From the IMG/VR virus record IMGVR_UViG_3300028591_000180, positions 10,505-74,504 of that record: a stretch of 64,000 bases of DNA. One strand, given 5' to 3'. This DNA comes from a virus (lineage: Duplodnaviria; Caudoviricetes). Positions 19,558-29,544 of this stretch are shown piece by piece. The notes beneath the pieces are model-generated. The model had not been told where the DNA came from. It saw nothing but the letters and a program-made list of their open reading frames with translations, and did not search any database. Position 1 is the first letter of the stretch; each line of letters begins with the position of its first letter. The position numbers were made by a program, and so were the translations under genes.

Positions 19558-20579
19558 TGGGGAATTTAGATAAAGCTTTAGCTGAGATCAATAAAAAGTT
19601 CGGCCGAAACTCAGTGATTGTTCTCGGAGATGAGGAACCTAACAAGGTAAACTGTATTTCTACCGGTTCATTACAGTTAGATAAGGCCTTGGGTGGTGGA
19701 TTCGCCCGTGGTCGTATCTCTGAGGTGTTTGGTGTTGAAGGTGCTGGTAAAACAACTTTATGCTTACAGGTTGTTTCACAAGCTCAGCAGGAGGGCGACA
19801 ACGTAGCGTATATAGATGTTGAACAGGCTGTTGATTTGAATTATGCTAAACATATTGGTGTTGATGTAGGACATTTAATTTTCTCCCAGCCATCATCAGC
19901 TGAACAGGCATTAGATATTGTAGATGCATTAGTTAAATCAAATGAAATTGGTATGATTGTTATTGATTCAGTTGCATCACTTGCTCCACAAGCAGAACTT
20001 GATGGTGAAATGGGAGATGCTACAATTGGATTAGCCGCAAGACTTATGGGTAAGGCCTTGAGAAAAATTACTGCTTCAGTTAATCAGACAAATTGTGCAG
20101 TCGTTTTCATCAATCAGTTAAGATCAAACATTGGTGGCTATGGCAATCCAGATACTACTCCAGGTGGTAGAGCTCTTAAGTATGCAGCTTCTCAAAGAAT
20201 TGAAATGAGGAAGACAACAGCCATTAAAGAGGGATCTGATGTCGTTGGAAACCTGGTTAAAATTAAAATTGTAAAAAATAAAATAGCTCCTCCGATGCAG
20301 GTTGTTGAATTGCCGTTGATTTTTGGTGAAGGGTTCAAGCCAGAAGAGGAAGTCATTGATCTCGCTATTGATTATGGTTTTGTTAACAAAGCAGGTGCAT
20401 GGTTTACTACTCATGATGGCCAAAGACTTCAGGGGAAGGCTAATGTTAAAACCTATTATGAAGAACACCCTGAGTTATTAGAAGTACTTACCCAGATGGT
20501 AAAGGATACACTAGCAGGAAGAGAAATTAAACAGGATTATGAAATTGATCCTAATACTGGAGAAGTTTTAAATATATAA
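19557..20579 (+). CDS. recA: recombinase RecA
   Basis: ISTGSLQLD, Walker A GVEGAGKTT, IDVEQA, VIDSVA, FINQLR, TTPGGRALKYAASQR. Confidence 0.95.
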   Translation: MGNLDKALAEINKKFGRNSVIVLGDEEPNKVNCISTGSLQLDKALGGGFARGRISEVFGVEGAGKTTLCLQVVSQAQQEGDNVAYIDVEQAVDLNYAKHIGVDVGHLIFSQPSSAEQALDIVDALVKSNEIGMIVIDSVASLAPQAELDGEMGDATIGLAARLMGKALRKITASVNQTNCAVVFINQLRSNIGGYGNPDTTPGGRALKYAASQRIEMRKTTAIKEGSDVVGNLVKIKIVKNKIAPPMQVVELPLIFGEGFKPEEEVIDLAIDYGFVNKAGAWFTTHDGQRLQGKANVKTYYEEHPELLEVLTQMVKDTLAGREIKQDYEIDPNTGEVLNI

Positions 20580-20683
20580 TAAATAAATTTTACTAAATAG
20601 GTGGTTAGTCTGATTAGATTATCACCTTATTTAGTTTTACCTAGTAAAATAATATAAGGTATAATTAAAATGGAGGCTTAAAA

Positions 20684-20908
20684 GTGAAATTAACTGAGGT
20701 CGTTAGCTCAAATATTAATAAAATTGGATATGAAAATAATAACTTATTAGTAGAATATAAATCAGGGGTTAAGTATCAGTACAAGGAAGTACCACAAGAA
20801 TTATATGAGAAATTAATTTCCGCGGAATCTAATGGTAGATTTATGAATTCTGAGATTAAAGGTAAGTTCGAATACATTAGAATTGAAGATACCCCGAAGA
20901 ATCTTTAG
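20684..20908 (+). CDS. KTSC domain protein
   Basis: VVSSNINKIGY...YQYKEVP..LY..L..AES.GRFMN..IKGKF. Confidence 0.85.
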   Translation: MKLTEVVSSNINKIGYENNNLLVEYKSGVKYQYKEVPQELYEKLISAESNGRFMNSEIKGKFEYIRIEDTPKNL

Positions 20909-21000
20909 CCCTGTAGATTCTTCGATATACCCTGTAGATTCTTCGAGTTACCCTGTAGAATCTACAGCCAATAATATAATTATAATATAGATATAATTAA
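20891..21000. repeat. three 21-bp-period direct repeats followed by an AT-rich tract
   Basis: CCCTGTAGA at 20909, 20930 and 20951 (first two continue TTCTTCGA); an inverted part-copy CGAAGAATCT near 20895; near-pure A/T tract 20970-21000. Confidence 0.7.
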
Positions 21001-21027
21001 GAAGACTAGGGAGAGATTAAAGTTACT

Positions 21028-21044
21028 TTGCTAAATTAAATATA
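21028..21044 (+). promoter_or_regulatory. putative late promoter TTGCTAAATTAAATATA
   Basis: Identical 17-mer upstream of 21069. Confidence 0.65.
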
Positions 21045-21068
21045 ATAAAAATCATTGGAGCTTTTAAT

Positions 21069-24000
21069 ATGAAAATATTAGTAGAAAATATAGACGGCGG
21101 AATTACCTATAAAGAAATATACGAGAATCTAAAGGAAGTAACTTCTAATTTTTCAGTTGAAGAAGGTATCTTTAAATGTGATTCTCTTTTTGAGGCTAAT
21201 ATCGCTAAAGAAATTTTAAATCGGGTGTATTCTGATGTATATACAAAACCATTAGACATGAATGATGATTTTGATTTGTATTATTCAGTAGTTTTTTCTA
21301 ATAAGATTTCTGAAGAATATAAGGATTTGGAAATCCAACCAGATAAGGATCCATCTGGTACTCCAATCGGTAATGGTACAGGCTTAGGAGAACAGTTAAT
21401 AGAAAAGATAGTTAAAAAATCAGACGGATACTATGTTCAATCTGAGAAGGGTAAAAACTTAGGTGGACCTTATTCAAGGGAAGATGCTGAAAAGAGGTTA
21501 AAGCAAGTGGAATATTTTAAACATAAAGATGAATCATTAAATGAAGCTGATGATGAAGAAGTAGAAGATTATGAAGAAGATCTTCTTGAATTCTTTGACG
21601 AAGAATTATATAATACTTATGAAAATGATTTATCAGCGGCTACTAAAAAGGAATTACTCGCTGATGCTAGAGAAGCTTTTAGTGATATACCTGAAACTAT
21701 ACTTAAAAAGGTCTTTAAAAAATGGTTAAAGAGTGCTGCTAAAGGAGTTGAAGAATACTCCTCAGAGCAGAAAAAATGGGCTCGTGATGGTCACAATTGG
21801 GTATTAGGTATTTTAAATGACACACAGAAGTGGATTAATGCCTTAAAAGAAAAAGCTGAAAAATTAGTTGGTCAAAGAGAAACCATGTATACAGGAGGAA
21901 CAATAAAGGGTATTAAAGATTCAAAAAATATTTTATACAAAGGCGTTCCTATCTATGCAGTTACTTATGAAATTCCTGACTCTCCTAGGCCAGAGCGTAG
22001 AGAAATAACCTATTTCTATTTTCCTTATATTAATAATTATATTGATGGGCCAGTAGTAAAAACCAGATATTCATTGGGAAGTGCGCATGAAGAGATTGAT
22101 GATCTTCTTGAAACAAATAAAGTTACAGCTAAAGATGAATCATTAGATGAAGCAGCTACTCCACTTAAGTATCAAGTTGAAGTCACAGTAGATGGTGAAT
22201 ACGATGCTGACATAGATGAATACTGGATCCCAGATAATCTTCCTGATTTATTACAAGGTTATTATGGTCAGGAGCCTGTAGATCGTTCTCAAAAGCAATG
22301 GCATTTATATTATGCTTTTGCTACTAAAGAAGCTTGCGATAAGTTTGTCAACGCGGTGACTAATATGGGCTATGTAGTTTCAGATATTAATGATGATGAA
22401 GTTGGATATGATTTTGAAGAATCATTAAATGAAGCGAAGAATAAAAACTATAGAGTTGAGCTATATTACTATGACAATAATAAACCTGACGATGTAATTT
22501 ATTTTGAAAACCTGAAAGTAGCATATAATTTCTGTAATAATAAAATTTCAGACAATATTGCCTATGATGATGGCCTTACTGGTATTTTAGTGTTTAATGA
22601 AGCTAAAGATAAATTATTAAACACCTGGCAAAATGGTGGTAGAGGCTGGGAAAATAAATCCAAGGAGTTAATTAAGATGAATGAGTCATTAAATGAAGCT
22701 AAATATGGGGCTTATGATAATACACCTGAAGATGTTATTATGACTGACTTAGGAATTGGCCCAAAGAAGAGATTTAGAGTTAGATACTATAGTAGAGGCA
22801 GTTCAATATTATCTTCTATTGTAGTAGAAGCTAACACAAAAGAAAACGCTTATAAAGAAGCTATTAAATTAGGTATTAGTGAGTTCGCCATTAAGAGTAT
22901 AAACGAAATTAAACCAAAGGCTCAATCTACCAATGAATCTTTAAATGAAGAAGTAAATTTAAAACCTGGAGATGTTAAGTGGTCTTGGTGGCTTCATAGC
23001 TATTTAATTTATCAGGGTTATAATAAGATAACAAATAAGTATAAATTTGAAGATTTTGGAGATAGATTAATTTATCTTACCGCAGAAGAAGTTTCAGACC
23101 TAGAAGACAAACCTAATAAGAATGAATCATTAAATGAAGAATATGAGGCAGGCGTAAAGATACCTAAAAAATATTTATTAGCTAATGGTTATACAGAAGA
23201 AGAAATTAATGATTTACCTAATACATTATATTCTAAGTATACTGTAGATGTTAAAATTGCACCTAATGATATTATAATTACTGATAACCACCACGGTTAT
23301 AACGTTTCATATTTTATGCATTATTCTGACTTAGCTAGATTCGCTAGAGAAATTAATGAATCAATAAATGAAGGTGTATCTCCAGAACAGGCAGCACAAC
23401 TTAATAAAGAATGTGATGAAATTTATAAATATCTTTCTGAAAACGGCATACATGAGGACGTTTGATGGGATGATTCAGGTAGAATAAATATTGAAATTGA
23501 ATGGGGTGACTGGAAACACGAACACCTTAGATGTAATAGACTTATGACGATGCTTGGTTATGAGTGTGTTGATGAAGTTGTAACAGATGAAGATGGTAGT
23601 GATACTTATTCTGCTCGCCATATTTATAAAAAGATAATGGATGAATCATTAAATGAAAGTGATAAACCATCATTCCTTAATTATATGTATGATATTTTTG
23701 GTGATGACGACCGTTGGGAAGAAAACCCTGATGTAGAAGATTATTACCGCCAAGAATATAACACAAAATATGATAGTGATAGTGATTCTGATAACTTTAT
23801 TATAGACCAAACTTGGAGTGATGTGCACCCATCAAATAATCTTAATGATTATTCAGAACCAAAAGAAGAAGAACCTGAAGAGTACGAAATGACCGAAGAA
23901 GATTATGCTAATATGTTAGATTCTTATAATCTTACTTTAGAAATGTCTGATGAAGAAGCTAAAACCCAGATTGAAAAAGAATTTGCCGGAATGTTAAGTT

Positions 24001-24290
24001 GGGGTGGTATTTCTAAAGAAGACTATATCGAAGGTCAGAAAGAAATTTTTGACACCTGGAAGATGTTAAAAGAAAGAGATCAGAAACCAGCTCCAACTAC
24101 TGAAGCTCTTAATGAAGAAGATGAAGAGCCTGAAGCCAGGTGCCCTAATTGTGGCGAGGAAATGAATTTCATTGGTTATCAAGGCCATGACGAAGAATTT
24201 AAGTGCCCAATTTGTGATGTGTATTTCTATTATGACCCAAATAAAGAAAAACTTATGACTGCTGTCGAATATGAAGACATGCATCATTAA
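21069..24290 (+). CDS. 1073-aa acidic modular protein with nine ES(L/I)(N/D)E-type linkers; putative virion internal polyprotein
   Basis: Track ORFs 21069-23465 and 23544-24290 are in frame and joined via TGA 23463 (EDV-W-WDD). Linkers at 21531, 22137, 22419, 22683, 22935, 23124, 23358, 23643 and 24102. Confidence 0.75.
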
Positions 24291-24305
24291 TTAGGGAGGT
24301 AGGGT

Positions 24306-25529
24306 ATGATAAAAGATTTTGATAAATTAAAATATTTATTAAGTGAATTACTTACAAAATACCGAAACGAAATAAGAAACGGTGATTTTGATAAGGTAGT
24401 TTATTCTTTATGGTGAAACTCAGATAGATACAATGGGAAAGATTTTAAGGGTAAAACTTTCCTTGGATATTGTAAAAGTTTGGGGATGCTTAGCCCACAT
24501 CAAGTTATAGTAGAAATAAATAATACTTGCGGTACTAATTTTAAAGATAGGTTATTAGATAAAGATAATAAAGACTATTATTATTTAAAGTTTATTTATA
24601 CTTGATATGATAGCTTACATCCTGAGTGGGGCCCCATTTCTAGAGAATATTGGTTACAGGCCTATTCAATTAATGGTAAATTACAAGCTCAATTTTGAGA
24701 TATAACTACTATTGAAAATAGGCTGTGTTTTGATTCTGAAAGTGAAGCTAATAATTTAATTAATAGGATAGAGTCATTAGGCCATTTACCACAGGATCCA
24801 AAGAAGAGACTAGACCTTTCAAAAATGAAGTGGAAAACGGTTAAAGTAAATAAAAATTCTAAAGTTTATGAAAAACTTGGACCTATGGTAAAGAAGTTAG
24901 TATATATGAATTTAAGTACTCTTCATGAACCAGTATCTGAAACTTTACCAGAATTTTATGGATATATTTACTCAAGTAGAAATAATGGTGAGATACCATT
25001 TAGTGATGATGATTTTGTAGCCGAGAGTTTAAGTGAAGCTGTTTCAAACAGTTTATATAACGGCGGTTTGAAAGATAAGAAAGCCAAATTGGATAATGAG
25101 AAAATGAGTATTAAGTCATTAACAGAGAAAACGGATTTAACTTATGAGCCTGAATTGGTCCAGAAGTTAGTTAATAAATATGCAACTCCTGAGTTACGTA
25201 AAAGTGATTTAGATGATATCTGAGAAGAAGTTATGGAAAAATATGATAATGTTGATTTAGCCGAAGAAGTTTATGATTCTCTCCATGCTTGGCTTGGTGA
25301 TATGTGGAATGAATCTTTTAAAGCTGACAATATTAAAGATGAAGAACCTGAAGATTGGCTTACAGAAAAGAGAAATTCTTGTATACGTGATTATAGGATG
25401 TGGGCTGGTCTTGGTGATGACGAGTTAATCACTGAAGATAAAATTGATGAGTGGGCTTTAAATAGAGTAAGCTGTAACAGTAATTACGACTATGATGATT
25501 TAAAAGAAGTATTACTGTCAAATAAATAA
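24306..25529 (+). CDS. hypothetical protein (407 aa, four TGA=Trp)
   Basis: ATG 24306 open through TGA 24414, 24603, 24696 and 25221; absorbs track ORFs 24825 and 25233 and fills an otherwise empty 530-bp gap. Confidence 0.75.
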
Positions 25530-25543
25530 TGGAAGGGTAGAAC

Positions 25544-26620
25544 ATGAAAATAAAAGTTAAAAAGAAGATTACTGAATCTAAAAAGCTTAATGAGGCCTCT
25601 TTAGAAGATGAGGTTAAATCAGCTGAGAGTCAGATTGATAACGATAAGGTAGTCAACGGTAATAATCCTGGTCAGATTGAAACAGCTCTTGATAGAGCTT
25701 TACGTACAGCTGAGAGACAAAAGAGAACCGGCGGAAAGAATTATACTAATATTATTTTAATTGGTGGAGCTGGTACTGGTAAGACTTCAGCTGTTCTTGA
25801 TTGAGCTCAAGAAAATGGAGTTAACGTTGTTTTACAAAATACTTCTACAATGGATGAGACTGACTTAACTGGTGTTGTTGCTAGAAGTGCTGAGGGTAAT
25901 TCAACCGTTAAATTACGTTCTGATGTATTAAAGGGATTAAATGAACCCAGATCGATCTTATTCCTTGATGAGTATAACCGTGGCCGTAAATCAGTTCGTG
26001 GTACATTATTAACATTAATTAATGACCACCTTATTGATACAGGTACTGACCAGGAATCAAATGTTCCAGGCTTACAAGGTAAGTATGAATTAAAGAATAT
26101 GTTATTCACTGTTGCGGCTATTAACCCGGCCTCAGGTGAATATACTACTGATGAGCTTGACCCAGCGGAAATTTCTCGTTTCAGAAGAATTGAGGTAAAG
26201 GCTGATAAGAAACACTTATTAGATATTATGACTCAGAAGTTTATTAAGCAGGCAGAGTCTGAAGGTGCTACTGATGAAGATAGAGAAATTATTGCTGGCC
26301 AACTTGGTTTATTAACTAAATTATTATCAGATAAACAATTCCAATTTGATGATGAGGAAGACGAGAGGGCTGGCTATCGTAAATATGGAAGAGATTATAC
26401 TCCATTATCACCAAGATCTCTCGTTAATTTAATTTCAGCTACTGATGGAACTAAAGAAGATTTACTCGATTTATACAATGATTTCTGTAACCCATTAAAG
26501 AAGAATACTATTGAAATGATTCTCCAGGATTACAGTGATGTTGATGATAAGGCTAATTCAGTATTTAAAAAGAGAGAAAAATCAGACGAAGAAAAATTAG
26601 ATGATTTCTTAAATATGTAA
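25544..26620 (+). CDS. MoxR-like AAA+ ATPase
   Basis: Walker A GGAGTGKT, then TGA 25802 (VLD-W-AQE); Walker B ILFLDEYNR; VAAINP; ELDPAEISRF. Confidence 0.85.
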
Positions 26621-26633
26621 GAGGTGATAACTT

Positions 26634-27230
26634 ATGGCAATGACTGAACGTGAAAAGTTAGGCCGCGAAATTATCATAAAATCTCTAAGGAAAGAAGGAT
26701 ATGTTACTTACAGTAATTTACTTTCTGATTTCCATTTAAATTTTACCAAAGATCCCGATGTTTTAGGATATATGGAACCTGATAGAGGTACCATCACCGT
26801 TAATTCAAGTTTAGATATGGACCAGATAAAGGTTATAATTAGACATGAAATTCTCCATTTCTATTTAAAACATCATATTCGTAGTATTAAAAAGATGGCT
26901 CAGCTAAAAGGAGTAGATCCAGATAGTTTAGATGATATGACTTTTAGAGAGATGGAAGAACTTGTTTATGGTGACCCAGAGAGGCTTGATAACATTGCTA
27001 AGGACTTTGAGATTTCTAATAGAGGCTATACCGATAAAGATAAAGCGATCGTTAGGTCCATGCATGCTCTAGTTACAGAAGATCATCATGAAGACTGAGT
27101 TGATCTGACAATGGAAGAGATGTATGAAAAACTTTTACAAGAAAGAGAAAATAGAGAACCTATTATGTATGGGGCATTACTTGACCCTACAACCTTTGTG
27201 GGAGCAGATGGAGTAGTTTATGGCAATTAA
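26634..27230 (+). CDS. HExxH metallopeptidase-like protein (vWA-associated N-domain type)
   Basis: IIRHEILHFYLKH; DFEISN. TGA 27096 readthrough reaches TAA 27228-27230, overlapping the next ATG. Confidence 0.7.
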
Positions 27231-28071
27231 GTTAGTTGAGGAAAGAATACATGGCCATTTTAGAGGCGGTGTGTTCTGTGATGAAAACGGAAACCCAATT
27301 CCACTGAAGATGTCAAACATTGGATCTCAAAAGGGTAATGGTAATGATCAGGGACAAGATTCAGGTAGTGATGATGGATTATCTGGGTCTAATTATAGTA
27401 TCGATACTTCAAATCTCTCAGAAGACGTTAAAAAATTAATTGAAAGAGCTAATGATATTCAAAGAAGACTTAGTGAGGGAGAATCAGTAGATCCACAAGA
27501 ATTAAAAGATTTATTGAATGACATTAAAGCTAAGGCAAAAGAAATAGCTGACCAAAAAGGAAGAGAAGCTGATAAAGAAGGATTAGATAAAGCTGGTAAA
27601 TCTATTCAGGGTGCTCTAGATGAGTTAGATGGAGAAGAATCTCAACCTGACCAAAGTAGTAATAACTCTAATCCTCAAAATAAAAAATCTCCTGTCCGTG
27701 GAAAACCGGGTTCTGGCAATAGTTCTAGTAAACAAGATTCAAATGACCAGGAGCAAGTCCCGGCTGGTGGTTCTGGCAATAGTTCTAGTAAACAAGATTC
27801 AAATGACCAGGAGCAAGGCCCGGCTGATGGCTCAGGGAATAGCTCAGGTAACCAGAAGTCTAATAACAAATCTCCTAACCAAAACTCAGATAGTCCAAAC
27901 TCCGGATCTGGTGGTGATTTTGATGATTCAGGCGATGACCAGGATAATAACCAGGATGAAAAGAAATCTCAAGACAAAAAAACTCCAGATCCTAATATGA
28001 TTTACGTAGATATTAGGAATCATTACCGTTATAGGTGGAATGGAAAGGAGTTTGAGAAAATAGATGGCTAA
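27220..28071 (+). CDS. low-complexity S/N/D/Q/G-rich protein with a central helical bundle
   Basis: ORF track; contains a 60-bp tandem duplication. Confidence 0.7.
   Translation: MAIKLVEERIHGHFRGGVFCDENGNPIPLKMSNIGSQKGNGNDQGQDSGSDDGLSGSNYSIDTSNLSEDVKKLIERANDIQRRLSEGESVDPQELKDLLNDIKAKAKEIADQKGREADKEGLDKAGKSIQGALDELDGEESQPDQSSNNSNPQNKKSPVRGKPGSGNSSSKQDSNDQEQVPAGGSGNSSSKQDSNDQEQGPADGSGNSSGNQKSNNKSPNQNSDSPNSGSGGDFDDSGDDQDNNQDEKKSQDKKTPDPNMIYVDIRNHYRYRWNGKEFEKIDG
27709..27828 (+). repeat. 60-bp tandem duplication (GSGNSSSKQDSNDQEQ x2)
   Basis: GGTTCTGGCAATAGTTCTAGTAAACAAGATTCAAATGACCAGGAGCAAG at 27709 and 27769. Confidence 0.9.
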
Positions 28072-28972
28072 ACAATTAATAGAAGAATTAAATGTATACA
28101 TCGATGATGATACTGGTGATGAATACGTTTTTGATGGATCTACCTTAGTTAAAATAAAAGTTGGAAATAAACAAATAGGTGATAAAGGAAGCGAAGAGAT
28201 AAGGGCTAAGGAAGAAGCTGAAAGAAATGAAGAAGCTAAGAAAGGCGGAGTCATTGAAGATGCTGAAGAAACTGAGGCCCGAATTAAAAGATTACAAGCT
28301 GCTCTTGATGACCCTGAAGTCGCTAAAGAAATTACTCGAGAATCAGATGACCATATAGCTCAACAGAAAGCAAAAAAGGAATTAAAGGAACAAGAGAAGA
28401 AGTTAAGAGAATTTCGTAATGATCCAATTATTCAATTTGAGGGTTCTTTAAACCATTTTATCCGTAAAGAATTAAAAATGGTAGAAGAACAAACCTATAG
28501 TCGATTGAATAAAAAGTATGATGGCACTGGATTAATCCGTAAGGGTATTAAACGATATGAGAGTGAAGAAGTACCTGTTATCAATGTTTACTTCGATAGA
28601 TCTGGATCTTGGGGTGAAGATAAAACAAAAATTGGTAGACAGGCTTTAGCTACTTTAGATAAATACGTCAGGATGAAAAAAATTAAAGTTAATATCAAAT
28701 ACTTTAATGATAAAGTATTTACTGAATTTATTCCAGATGGCCGGGGTGGAACTTACGGGTCTCCAATCTTAGCTGATGTGTTGGCTGAAAAACCAGATAA
28801 TGTTATTGTAATGACTGACTCTGATATTTCTGACTGTAAAGAATACGTTCAGGTACCTGGTGTTGTTTGGTATTTATTTAAAGGTGGAAGATCTAGTAAT
28901 ATTGAAAGTCATCTAACCGGAAAAATAGCTACTGAAGCTTTTGAGCTAAATGTCTCAAAGAATGAAGAATAG
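28064..28972 (+). CDS. vWA (MIDAS) domain protein
   Basis: VYFDRSGS (DxSxS), GGT, VIVMTD; N-terminal coiled coil. Confidence 0.8.
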   Translation: MAKQLIEELNVYIDDDTGDEYVFDGSTLVKIKVGNKQIGDKGSEEIRAKEEAERNEEAKKGGVIEDAEETEARIKRLQAALDDPEVAKEITRESDDHIAQQKAKKELKEQEKKLREFRNDPIIQFEGSLNHFIRKELKMVEEQTYSRLNKKYDGTGLIRKGIKRYESEEVPVINVYFDRSGSWGEDKTKIGRQALATLDKYVRMKKIKVNIKYFNDKVFTEFIPDGRGGTYGSPILADVLAEKPDNVIVMTDSDISDCKEYVQVPGVVWYLFKGGRSSNIESHLTGKIATEAFELNVSKNEE

Positions 28973-28983
28973 AGGTACTAAAA

Positions 28984-29532
28984 ATGGAAGTAGATAAAGA
29001 GTTTATTAAAAATGAAGTATTATCAATTCCGGGATTAAGACAGGCCATGAGGGAAAATAACTATGACGAAGTTTTTAGACTTTGTAAGTCTACAAAGAAA
29101 ATAAACCAGCTAGCTGCTGCCCTTTATATTTCTAAAGTTGATTTTTTAAGGCACATGACTCATATTCCTGAGAGTATGTTCAGGGGAGTTGATTTAATCA
29201 CAGAGATTACCATCCCTGGAAATATTAAGACTATCGGTGATTTGGCTTTCTTGCAAACAGGCCTTGAGAAATTAACTCTTGAAGAGGGTGTAGAGGAAAT
29301 TGGCGATGGTGCTTTTGCTCAAACTAAAATTAAAGAAGTTTATTTACCGAGATCAGTTAAGAAAATTGGTAGAGCGGCTTTAGGCAGAGCTGAAGTTTAC
29401 TGTTATTTTTCAAAAGAAGATCTAGTCGGAGATAATCCTACAGTAAATCCTGAAGGAAACACCTTTACTTATGGTAATGTAATTAACCAGGAGACTGGTG
29501 AAGTTTTAAAAGATAAAGGGGCAACATATTAA
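28984..29532 (+). CDS. BspA-type leucine-rich repeat protein
   Basis: ITIPGNIKTIGDLAF, LEEGVEEIGDGAF, YLPRSVKKIG. Confidence 0.8.
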   Translation: MEVDKEFIKNEVLSIPGLRQAMRENNYDEVFRLCKSTKKINQLAAALYISKVDFLRHMTHIPESMFRGVDLITEITIPGNIKTIGDLAFLQTGLEKLTLEEGVEEIGDGAFAQTKIKEVYLPRSVKKIGRAALGRAEVYCYFSKEDLVGDNPTVNPEGNTFTYGNVINQETGEVLKDKGATY

Positions 29533-29544
29533 AGAGGTAAAACA

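Noticed and set aside
5854-20579. Bacterial chromosome origin (gyrB/gyrA, recA, permease, BMP)
   Set aside because: These genes are interspersed with phage cassette genes, holins and fibres, lack bacterial synteny, and share the phage promoter motifs and recoding.
20891-20970. CRISPR mini-array
   Set aside because: The units are contiguous with only about 4 variable bases, there are no spacer-length inserts, and no cas genes are present.
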